Assembly: GCA_000320545.1 (NCBI GenBank)
Contig: ADNK01001387.1
Coordinates: 38,634-102,633 of the forward strand
Source of the DNA: Bigelowiella natans CCMP2755
Lineage: Eukaryota > Protista > Cercozoa
Direction: 5' to 3'
Length of the DNA: 64,000 nt
Below the pieces are notes generated by a model that was given only the letters and a program-made list of their open reading frames with translations, did not search any database and was not told where the DNA came from. The position numbers and the translations under genes are program-made. Positions 48,669 to 60,356 of the stretch are shown piece after piece (the first letter of the stretch is position 1; every line of letters begins with the position of its first letter).

Positions 48669-49039
48669 CTATCATTACATGTACATCATAACATGTATTA
48701 TGGTAATGTGGCGAAAATGTGTAATTTAGAAAAAATAATTAGGATATTATAACGATGATGAAAGTGAGTGAGTGAGTTGCAAGTTATCAAGAAATATTAA
48801 CTATTTACTGAGACTACTACTATCTCGTTTACAAGTGGTAGTAGGAGAGCACCACCACCACCACCACCACCACCACCACCACTTGTGTAATAATTAGGAC
48901 TACACTACAAGGACGGTGTCCTGTGTCCTCCCCCTTTTGAACATAGCACAGAGGGGGTTGTCAAAAAGGGACAAATACAGATATTGCAACGGCTGTATTC
49001 CTTCCAAGACGGCGAGTTGTTGACTCACACCCTTTAACT

Positions 49040-49450
49040 ATGTCCTCCAATGTGACTACACAATCTACAAATCCTTCAACACAACAACCCCGAAGTATGG
49101 CCTATCTTTTCATGATCCATATTATAAGTATTGAAAATCTAACTTTTTGCATAACAGAAGAGCTTGCTCTGCTAGCCAAAATCTGCGATCTTCCGATGGA
49201 CCAGGACGTCGTAGATATCGTATGCCAAAAAAAAATGAAACATTTTCTTCGTTTGAGCTTCTCGTATAAGCAGTCGTGCAAACATAATTTATGTGTCTGC
49301 CCCCAATGAAGTTTCCAAAAACAAATATTTTCTTTGATTTATTTGAAAAATAATAATGATCAGCTGGTTGAACTCCTAAATTCTAAAGTCCAGCCCGAGG
49401 GGATTTTGCGAGCTTTGCGAATGATTCACAAGGAGAAAGAGAGCGGATAA
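49040..49450 (+). CDS. 67-aa MOZART-family gamma-tubulin complex protein, closest in pattern to MZT2
   Basis: Exons 49040-49094, 49158-49219 and 49364-49450, all GT-AG and in phase, give MSSNVTTQSTNPSTQQPRKELALLAKICDLPMDQDVVDILVELLNSKVQPEGILRALRMIHKEKESG*. The pattern matches my recollection of the human MZT2 core (ELYELAQ...IDPDVFKILVDLLKLNVAP). Confidence 0.65.
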
Positions 49451-49469
49451 GATCAGTTTGATAACATTC

Positions 49470-50130
49470 GCTATTTTGCACACGATGCGTGACACAGAAC
49501 TACAGCTAAGGCGCATCGCATGTTGCTCGCACACCTTGTTACTCGTAAACTTTTGATCCATACCATGGCCATGTACTATATACACAATTTATGTCATGCA
49601 CATGTATAATAATTGTGCATGCCTATGATCGCGATGCGCGTGCATATACATGTCTCGATGCTACATGTGTATGCCTTTGAACCAACGCATTGCAAGCACG
49701 CTCTTTTCGGAATTCTGCAAGAAAGTCATGTGAAGCATATTTCATGTTTTCCGCGCTCATTAAAGCATACATATGACGTTTTTCCGCGCGCTGCAAAACA
49801 TGAAAATCTAAATAACCAAAAGCTACGCTGCAGCTTGTGCGCATGCGCACCACAGCGACTATGCAGCTAACAAGGCTAAGGCTAGAGAGCACGGACGCGC
49901 ACAAGTGAAACCAGTCGCGTGCACTGCAATATACGCACTCGCTCAATTTCGCACATGCTTGCTAGCTTGTATGTGCATGCAATGTCAGCAGCAGACACAG
50001 ACTGAAGATTCTGCATCGAAAAACACGACAACACACTTACATGCATGCTGGTGATTCCATGCAATGCTACTTCACAATCGACTCTAATGCAAAAAGTTTA
50101 AATCACTGCATGCGTAGCCCACAACCTTGC
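49470..50130. other. TG/CA-rich tract at a convergent junction
   Basis: Between stops 49450 (+) and 50157 (-). Confidence 0.7.
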
Positions 50131-50156
50131 GTAAATATTTGATTCATTTGTTTTTA

Positions 50157-50663
50157 TCAATTAGATTTAGAGGGTGAATACTTAGTTGACGCATCATCGA
50201 CACTGGGGGTTGATAATTCTGTAGCTTGAAATAACTCAGTAATTGTTTTCGAAGGTATTCTTACCAGCCGGGCGGCATCCACCAGTTCTCCCTAAGACAT
50301 AGCAATGGTGATTGTGATTATAAAAACAAAATTACACATAGATATGATGCCAGTGCTGGCATCATATTTAACAACCTCTTTTATCCCATCGAACTTTGAA
50401 CGAAGAATACGCAAACAAATGTTAAACGGCCTACGAAGAAAAAATATGCCATAAATAGACAAACACATGTTTCTCCTTCACCATCCTTGAACATACATAC
50501 GCACACACCGCGTGCAGATGATGCAAAAATCAGAGGGGAGGCGGCAGATGAAACGACAAGAGGAATGGTTAAAATTTTCAAATTACTTTTTGAGGAGAGT
50601 CGACTGCAGTAAAGACAGTATGGCGACCTGAAGATAATAGTGACGATACGGTATTTCATTTTG

Positions 50664-50708
<45 letters not shown>

Positions 50709-50748
50709 TCAATATATATAATGTGTCTGTATGTGCGTGTACTTGAGA

Positions 50749-50786
<38 letters not shown>

Positions 50787-51306
50787 AATAAATGTGTGAT
50801 GTAGCCATGCCAAGATGGGAATGGAATTCATAATATGCACGAGAACAACACTACTTGATATTTGTTATATTGACAACAAACCGATGTGCGAACAACGACA
50901 CTTGATATTTGTTATTGACAACAAACTAACTCACCGATATGCGAAAAACATAAACTTCCCCATGGATAAGATATCTGCCGACAGAAAATACAGAAAAACA
51001 TAGTTTGACGAAGTCAACTAACAAAAACAAAGAGTATACGATGGAGAATTGAGCATTGAACTTAGAAGAATTACTATTCTTTTTAGATAATATCTGCTGA
51101 ATAATCACTACCCATCCCAAACTCTCGAAGCTGCCTGTATTGGGAGCTGGCGTGAATGTAAACACATCAGCCACTCCATCAAATAACAATCTGGTGGCAA
51201 ACCTGCCAATTTATGTTGGATAAAATCATCAGTATCTCATATGAATAATGAAGGTGATAATACTACCCTAGTTGTTAAGGGAATGGTACGTAGAAGCACT
51301 CTCTCC

Positions 51307-51398
<92 letters not shown>

Positions 51399-51454
51399 TT
51401 TCACATTTAAGATTCAGCGTCCCAATAAAGATTGCTACTAGTTTTCAAAATTGT

Positions 51455-51496
<42 letters not shown>

Positions 51497-51702
51497 AAGG
51501 GTCTGAAAGTAACTATGCAAACGTGGTAAGTTTACGCTCATCAGCTCCTGACAAATGTGATCAGCATCAAAATAATAAGGAGAATTTAGTACAAATGTGA
51601 TCTTCATCAAAATGATAAGGAGTATAGGGCCCACAGATCAAAAAGTAGTAACATACCTCACATATATTCAAACACACGCACACGCACAATGAGAGGGGGG
51701 GG

Positions 51703-51750
<48 letters not shown>

Positions 51751-54674
51751 GTTTACAGCAAAGAAATTTATGCATTAATTGACACAAGGAAGTCATAGAA
51801 GTATTCTGTCAAGCCAATGATGACGTAGTGTAAATTATCATTTTCTTGTCTTCTCTTCCAATTAGATCATCATTGCATCAAATACTACATCAAATATTTG
51901 GAATCTTAATCGGATTGGCTCTGCCTCCATGTAAAGGTATGCGTGAAAGTAGTCGCAATCAAGCAAACTGCACAGACAATTAAAGGCCCTTTCCTGATCC
52001 ATATGATGCAATAATACCTGGCAAAGGTGTAAGATTATTATGGAAGGAAAAATGGAAAACAGCTATGAAAAGACTCATCATCCTTGCATGTGTTAACATG
52101 TACCAGAACAAGGTAGCTCATGCCCTGAACGTAAGTAACTTGCGGACGTGCTTGACAAAAAGCAATCAGTACTTGGCTAATCTCATGTTTCAAGTGTTCC
52201 TTGTTAGTCATCGTCATCATCATCATACTCCGGGGCTTGTCCTTGCTGCTGGTGGTAGTAGTAGTAGTAGTTGTTGTTGTTGTTGTTGTTGTTGTTGGAT
52301 CTAGAGCATCCATTCGAGACAAATCCTAAAGCAGCATTATTTGATGGATAAATAAACAGAAGAATAGGAGGATCATTGATTATGATGACAAATATCTGGT
52401 GATGCTGCTGCTGCGTTATTGTTTAAAAGAATAAAACAAACGGTATATCATAACTGTACGAACAAAAAAAGAGGTCATGTGAGTTGATGCTCCTCCTTTT
52501 ACAGAAAGGAATGGCATTTGGGTGGTACATACTCTCATTTTATCTCGGGATTGCTCATTTCCCATTCAATCTGTATTTTTTCCCCGTACATCATAATACA
52601 CAAAATACTCACACCAACCCTGTCTAAATAATAAAAGTGCTGTCAAACTACACTATTTATTATCATTATAATTATTATTGTTATTACTTGTCGGATGGAC
52701 TGTCTTCGTGCGACTCCAAAGCTAAGCCCCCCCCCCCCCCCTCCTCCTCCTCCTCCTCCACCAGGGGCACTGCTGCTACCTTGTATCGTTGGAAGTGATG
52801 AGTCCTTTAACTTTATGTCACCACTGTGAAATTATCATCATTTAAAGAATCAATTGAAGTGCAGGTAGCAGATGAGAATATCCATTTTAACTAATATATG
52901 ATGGAGTAAATAATCTATCTGGTTGCTGACTACAGTTTGGTTGGATTAGACTGCTTTGCTATAAAGACGATGACGCCGACAACAGAGAAGTGAAGAAGCC
53001 AGCTGGTGGCAATAATAATGATAATAAAAATAACAATAATAAAAGTAACTAATAACGACGACGATGATGACGTACTACTCTGTCAAAAGCTGCTGCTGCA
53101 TCTTCTGATCCTTCCGTAAGCATTCCTGAAAGCTCAGGTTGCTTGCACAGTCCATATTAGTCCCTTCCTCCTCCTCTCTCCCCCCATCCTCCAAGGCAGC
53201 AGCAGCAGCAGCAGCATCAGCAGGTGTGTCGTTATAAGGATCCAATGATCCAGCAGCACAACCCAGGGCTAATGGCCATACGTACTTTCTTACCGAAGGA
53301 GGGACTCCATATTTATCCCACATTCTTCGTAGTAAGGGTGTCGTAGCTATGTTATGCCACTCAGGTATCACAATATCCTTCCAAAATCGTAATCGCTTTA
53401 TCCTCTCATTCTTGCTATACTTCTCATATTGACTGCTGCTGCTGGCTTCTTCTGCTTCTTCTTCGTCGTCTTCTTCAACACTATTGCAAATATGATTCAT
53501 TATTGTCGCATTTTCACCCCTAACATTTTGAGTATTGCTTTTCGCTGCGGATGAGGCTGCCGTGGTGGTTGAGGTGTTCTCGACTACTCCTCCCCCTCCT
53601 CCCCCTTTTACTGTCCTCGTATTTCTACTGATCCAGCCACTTCCAGTCCTAATCTCATGACTATTATTCTTATTATTATCAATCTTGCTATGTGTAGTAG
53701 TATTATTCCTCCTCCTCATCCTCCTCCTGAGATTCTTCCTCAGCAATTTGTTCTTGTACATCCTATCGACTTGCTTCAGGTCTCGCCAACGTGATGCCGA
53801 CGCCTCCATTTTAGCATTTTTACTTATGATCTTTCCCGTTGTTGGTGTTAAGGAAGATATGATGGATTCAGAGGACTGTGTTCGCCAAAATGATGACCAT
53901 CCACTTGTTTGCTGTTCTGAATGGCCACTTTTCTTTTCTTCGCTGTGCTGTGTATCACTGTTATCATTTCTCTCACTCGCCGTTGTTCCTAGTAGTCTCC
54001 TGCCAGCAGTAACTATACTATCCAAATTGCTGCTCTTTCTGTTATTATTATTATTATTATTATCAATGAGCATAGAGGTCCCAGGTACTCCAGGAACTCC
54101 TGGGATCCTCCTCTTCTCTCCAGCTGCCTCAATTGCTGATGATGCTGCTCGTTGTGATAGTATCACACTCTTTCTTACTAACATTGGTGATGATCCTCCC
54201 ATCCTCCTGCTACCTCTTCCTTTTCTAGGAGACCTCGTAGGAGTAGTAGTGGTACTAGTGCTAGTAGCACCAACAGTGGAGAACCCAGAGTTAGACGACG
54301 AAGACGACAAATAATGATGATCTCTCATTGCTGCAGGGTGATGATTATTCTTCCCCCTGCTGTTGTTACTGCTGTCAGTACGACTACTACTACTTGGATT
54401 ATCTCCGTGAGAATGACGTCGAAGTGCATCGATTTCACGCTGTTCCATTTTCCACCAAGCTTGCTGCACAGAAATCCTGTGATGTTGGTGGGTAGGACAG
54501 GTAAGATTATGGTGACTTCAGATCATCATCAGCATCATCATGTGATCAATCTTTGCAGCAGTTTACCATCAGCATACATATGCACTTTGTTTGAGTGTTT
54601 TGCACACATGATGTATCCGCATAAACTGCGAACGTTACGGTCTCTAACAATAATATGTGTGTATAATATATAGA

Positions 54675-54715
<41 letters not shown>

Positions 54716-55022
54716 CTGTGATCAAATTACGGAATGATATTACTAATTTCATTATATAAAACTATGAATCTCTTGTATGTAAACAATGAAAGTTGTTGAA
54801 AAATAAAAGTCATGGTGTAATGCTTGATGCAAATGACTAGTACTTATTTTGGATCCAAAGAAAATCAACACTCTCAGAACGTCCTCTTCTCGATTTCTGC
54901 ATTTCATCAGCTAGAATTCCACTCTATAGTAGTAGTAGTAGTAGTCGTCGTCGTCACGAGTACTAGTCAGTGTGCCACTCCATTCTGCTTTCGTTCTCTC
55001 CGCATTATTCGCAAGTGCATGA

Positions 55023-55054
<32 letters not shown>

Positions 55055-55777
55055 GCGTTGATAATACCATTTTTTCTTCTTTTTCTTCTTCTTCTTCTTT
55101 AATTTCTTCTTCTTTATGTCCTCAATCAATTTCCTACCAGTATCTATTTATCCTTTCGCTACTTCTTACTTCCCCTTCTCTCACTTCGTTCTAGTAACTA
55201 CCTTGGATTTCTTAAACTGCGTAGTATTTCGCTGAGGCATGCCAGGCTTTACTACAAATGATGAAGCATCAGCTGCATAATCTTTATGGATATTACTACG
55301 TTCTCGCCTTTGAGAAACGGTGGAATTCCAGCCTCCATTTCCACATATACTCACGCTTTGAGTATGCATTTTCCTGCGCTCGTATTTAGTCTTCTGGACG
55401 TTGATGAAGTCCTCTTCTTCTATTACTTCGATATTGGATAGAATCTGGAGAGAATTACCACCATCATGTTTATGCTCGTATGGTTCTGTGCTTGTGGGTG
55501 GTGGTGGCGCTTTCTCAATAAGGTGCATAGGCCCCGCCTTGTGTTTCATTTTATTATGATCCTTTTCCTTCTTAGGAAATATCAGCGCCAAAATCTCCAT
55601 CAAGAGTCCTGGGGGCTCCTTTGATTTTCTCCTACCATTCTTTGATTTTCTCCCTCTATGTGGCTTCCCAGTAGTTACCACGTCAGTGTAGGCGCTAACT
55701 ACGGTTCCTCCCTCAGAAGAGGGTTCAGAAGTGGGATTTGACTTGCTCATTATCGCAGCTCTAACCCCCTCATCCAT
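50157..55777 (-). CDS. TBC-domain Rab GTPase-activating protein (TBC1D12/TBC1D14-like) with long disordered N-terminus
   Basis: WKDIVIPEW...[16 protein letters not shown]; DLSRM (Arg finger); [13 protein letters not shown] (Gln finger); AFNCLCSLL; NLPRLHSYF; [29 protein letters not shown]|[13 protein letters not shown]; ends SPSKSN* at 50157. Confidence 0.88.
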
Positions 55778-56196
55778 CGTAAATTTTAAAAAATCATCCT
55801 AGATACTAAATGTGTCAATTGACATCACCAAATTTCTAAATGTAAAGGTATCTCCTAGAGGTGGAAGGCGCTATTCTTGCCATCCATCTCACCTACAACC
55901 ATTAGTGTGGAAAATCACAGATTTTAATGTGAATCATAGAATCGGAACTATTGCGTTATCAGAAAACTTAATACATCCTATTAAGCAATGGCCTACCTAA
56001 GTGTGTGCTTGTGTGTCCCAATTGAGGCCTGTCTTTCCTCTTCTTTGTGTGCTAATTGCTGCTGGGGAGGTGGTGGGTGCAAGAGGTGATTTTTGTATTT
56101 TTCGCCGTATGAAATAAGCACTGCTGGAGTGCTCATCAGTGGTCACTTAAACTATTGGGAATGTCGTCATATTAAAATTGCATTCTTTTTCTCCAG

Positions 56197-58158
56197 AAAT
56201 AGTAATGTCGCTGTACATTAGAGGCAAAAAGGCCATGATCGAGATGGATCATCAACTCTCCTCACACAACGTCAGTGCTCGCAGGAAAAAAAAACGGAGG
56301 TGCTTTATCCGTATGGTCATACACTCGTATTGTTGTTGTTTGTGTTGTTGTTGTTACTAAGTAGAATAGCTAAATAAGTACTAGAATAACCACACAGACT
56401 ACTAACAAACTAGGACAGGAGTGAGCTTGGAACTCAAACTAACTGACGTGGTGGTGCCCACTGCCCACTGCCAATACACTCTCATGCAAGCTTCTACTAA
56501 GGGTGTTGTGCGGGTATTACCACGTTTCCTGTTGCAAACTCCAGGAACATGTGCCTACAAGATTCCTTTAAAATCTTTACTTCCAAAAATGGTGAGGTGG
56601 CGACTGCTAAACTTGACATATTTATTCGCCCTAATCTACTGCTTTTGGGCACAAAAGCGAACTGCGGTTGATTCTTGAATAAATCCCAAACCAGGGAGCA
56701 ACTGGCCTCCGTGCACTCCTCATCAAAGAGCCGGTGGGAGGAGAAATTCGCTTGACAGTATTGCAGTAACGTAACTTTGCTCACTAAAATATGTTTTTCA
56801 GCACCTAAATGAGGGAGAATTGAGGGATATTTATCTTGAAGCTCAGAGGCATATTTCGCAGGTATTTACCATTTTTCTCATTTCCTCTTCATTTTCCCTC
56901 CTCCTCTATTATTGACAGTATCTCGCAGTAGTCAGCAGCATTCTCTACATTCCCAATCTCCAAAATTTCCAGTAGGTATTCATCCACGCGGAGCACCCAT
57001 CTGCCTTCTCAATTTCGGTAAAGGCAAATAAAACCCTGAAATGAGTGAGGGCGCACGCGAATTAGAGGATGGGGAAAATAAACAGGACACCAACATGGTG
57101 TACATTGCTTCTTTATTTTGACTTATTTTATAACAGGAGAACATACATATTTCCTCACCGTTTTCTCATGGTGGTGCGCCCGCTGGATGGGCCGGCTTTG
57201 AAAGACTAGCAGAATTTCGTCAAATGTGCCCAGGAATTCTAGGCGTATCTTGCAATTCTCTGTCTGAAGTAAGTTTAAATGATACTTAAAGCCAAGAATG
57301 TATTTGTACGGTCGTCCAATCGAATCTGCAATGCATAAATATTTCGAACTCTCTCTCTGTCATGTTCAGTGCATATGTATGTTTAGTTCACTTATTTTTC
57401 ATGTTAAAAGTAAATCATTCGAAACACAAACATATGTGAGTACTTAGAATTGAAATAATTGTAGTAGTGTAAAGAATTAATATAATATATAAATATATAA
57501 ATGCACTCATAACGGATAGGTGGGCCATGCCTTTGATGCCGACGCAGACTATGTCACACTCTCTTCTACATGGTTGTTTTGACATCATTTGTTGCGATAT
57601 CATATGTTTTCACGTAGGACCACTTGATATGGGGATTATTATATATTTGCGTCAGGTTATCAGGGGTAGATGAAGGGAACCAAGACAGTAGTGTCTTCTT
57701 GGGATTAAAGCGCCTGAGACAAATACAAGAAGCCCAAAGGACAAATAGGAGGAAGAATGAGGCGGAATCTGGTGATATATTCGGTTGATATGAAGGTTCT
57801 GATGATTTTGGAGGACGTTTCAAAATTTGTATGCAATCACCAGCACTCGGAAACACAACGGTTTAATTTCTGCTTTCACCCTTCTCACTCAAGAATTTGA
57901 TACAGGTGAGCTTGCCCAACGGTCAACAATGTGTTTCTTTCAAGGAGGTTGGTTCTGACAACTAAGTTCGATATGTGTTCATACTGTAAGTCTTGTGGTT
58001 ACATCAGAAGTCACCCCTGAAAAATTCAAACATCTGGTAGAGAAGGGCACTGAAGGGGTGGTCGTGCACCAAGTAGTAACATATTTTATCTAGATATTTA
58101 TTATGATAATGATAATTATGGTGATAGTCGTGATGCTGATAACATGTGGGTGTGTTCA

Positions 58159-58197
<39 letters not shown>

Positions 58198-58480
58198 CGC
58201 ACGCGCGCATGCGTGAGTGTAAATGTGCAGTAACTCGAGATAGTTGTTTGTTTTATATGTACGTTCTTCGAGGGTTTCAATCCATATCATAAGATTGACG
58301 AATATCGTAATTGTGAAACTTCTTCGGAAAGAAATTGTCATAATGCTTTCGTTGTTTCGTTTTTTACATGCTTCATAGGAACTTTGGTTTAGAGAAGATG
58401 AAAAAATCTTCCTGGAATTACTGAAACAATACCTTGATCTGCTTCCGAGCGATGAAAATGTTTTTAATAATACATTTTGA
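56197..58480 (+). CDS. Thiamine-phosphate synthase (ThiE/TenI)-like TIM-barrel protein, divergent active site; both ends uncertain
   Basis: Short exons splice to VLPRFLLQTP...|GATGLRALLIKEP...|HLNEGELRDIYLEAQRHISQ|VFIHAEHPSAFSIS|ENIHISS...ILGVSCNSLSE|VGHAFDADADYVTLSSTW|...EVTPEKFKHLVEKGTEGVVVHQ. This follows the ThiE motif order (LREK, GVHL, GVSCHS..E, GADYV, GGIT.EN...GA.GVAV). Confidence 0.6.
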
Positions 58481-58489
58481 TCAAATTCA

Positions 58490-58920
58490 TTCTAGTTTTC
58501 CTGCAAACTAGCACACCCTAATATAGATACATCTACATAGACATGTAATAATACCTTCGATGCGCGCTGATTAAATTGTTATAATGCAAGCGCTCTGAAA
58601 GCCTCTAACTAGACATGATAGATGCATAGCAAAATTGTGTTTTTGTGTAATACAAAAAGCATCTGGGCAGCGTGGACAATGTGGTGTTGCCTCATGCTGC
58701 GTGTTGCACACATGACAGACACTACACGTGCACGCTTTTCCAGCGCGGCAGCGTTCGTGGCGCATTTATGGCCACATCTCAATATTTTTTTGGGGATCTC
58801 AGGGCATTTTTGCAAAAACAATACTGCATGAAACTAGCAATCGATCTGTGTAATCGAACCACATGCACTAGTGCAGTGTTTAGTCGATCATTGTCGTGAT
58901 TACTTTGCATTTATTGATTC
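58490..58920. other. TG/CA-rich tract at a convergent junction
   Basis: Between the ThiE-like 3' end and stop 58922 (-). Confidence 0.6.
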
Positions 58921-58921
58921 A

Positions 58922-59813
58922 TCAATTTGAAACATGGCGCTTCATTGGAGAGTTCAGATTATTAAACGATGATAGACCTTCATCTTCACGTTCGTTCTGA
59001 ATAATATTCCTTACTGCCTGATAAGCGATACTTCGTTGCGGAGCAACCGCATATGAATCATTCATCTGATGTGAGCATGATATTCCAGCAATTAAAACAC
59101 ATACCAATAATAAAATTGAAAAAGAATTAACCATGTGCGATTTCACTTTGTGCAGCAGAGGATCTGCAAAAACCCAATTAGCCGTCAAAGGATTCCACTC
59201 TCTAGGGCCAAGGCCAGCCATGGGTTCAAATCTGGTGAGTAATTCTGATTCAGATGAAAATATTATGATGTTTCCAGCTCATTTATTTATACCTATATGG
59301 AGGCCGTAGATGAAGCTGTATTTGGCAAGGTCTTTCCTGAACACAGTGCTTTTGATACTCTGGAACGACCTGTTTTCAATGAGAAATATCCTTGAGAACA
59401 TGACGTGTAACTCTTTCGTCAAATGCCTTACATAGTCTTGCACCCAGCCATGGCAGGATTTGCATCGAGTTCCTTCTCCACCAAATTTAGGATCTTGCAT
59501 GGGTTAATATCAATCATTTTAGAAACTACCCAAACACCATCAATTTCTCTCTATCCTCTGTATTCTGCGTATTGAACTCACAGCTTTCTCTGGCACACTG
59601 GCAGCAATCAAAATCACAAGGGCTCTCGAGGGACTCCATAGCATCCAAGAGAGCTGTAGAAAAATTAAAACGATGGACATTCGTTTCTGCGAGAAAAACA
59701 AGCGGTAGTAGTCAACCTGAGGTCTTCCCTGCATGAGAGTTGGTTGCAATGTGTGAACTGTTGGCAATTACAGCCGCGGCCACAAGGATTATAAAAGGCT
59801 GTGAACTTGACAT
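58922..59813 (-). CDS. Small Cys-rich type I membrane protein of unknown family
   Basis: Five in-phase exons: MSSSQPFIILVAAAVIANSSH (signal-like)...|ALLDAMESLESPCDFDCCQCARES|YPKFGGEGTRCKSCHGWVQDY|VVPEYQKHCVQERPCQIQLHLRPPYR|FEPMAGLGPREWNP...FSILLLVCVLIAGI (TM)...HVSN*. Confidence 0.65.
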
Positions 59814-60356
59814 CTTGGAACCTTGACACTTGTTAAAAAGAATAAGATTGAGCTGAGAGTATAGATATTTGCATAGATGTACCCACCCTCGTTACAGCAT
59901 GTCTTCAGTAGAACTCAGAAGCCTGCTGTTCAAAAATTTCAAACCGTAGGGCAGCGCTATAGGCGAATGCCGATATATAATTTTTAATTAATTTAATTCT
60001 TTATCGCCCAAAATTGGAAGACATTTTTCAACGTTTATACATGTAGTCCGTTGTCGTTTCCTCTTTTTTTCTCATTCTTCTTCTTCTTACCAGTTTTGAA
60101 ATTGGCCCTAATTCCGAGAAAACTTCCTTCGACTACCAAGTCTTGAGAGAATGAACTAGTTTTTTCAAAAAGTCAGAACACATTTGATGTCGTTCATCAC
60201 TTTCGCATTGGAAATTCATCCATGCACACTGACAAGATGTGCTTCTTCTTCCAATCATCCTTTTACGTAGTTCTGTCCCCATAGGAAAGGAAAGGAAGCT
60301 CCGAACACACGCGACCCTCTTTTAAGATCGCCTTTTCCTCAAATTAACCTAGCAAG

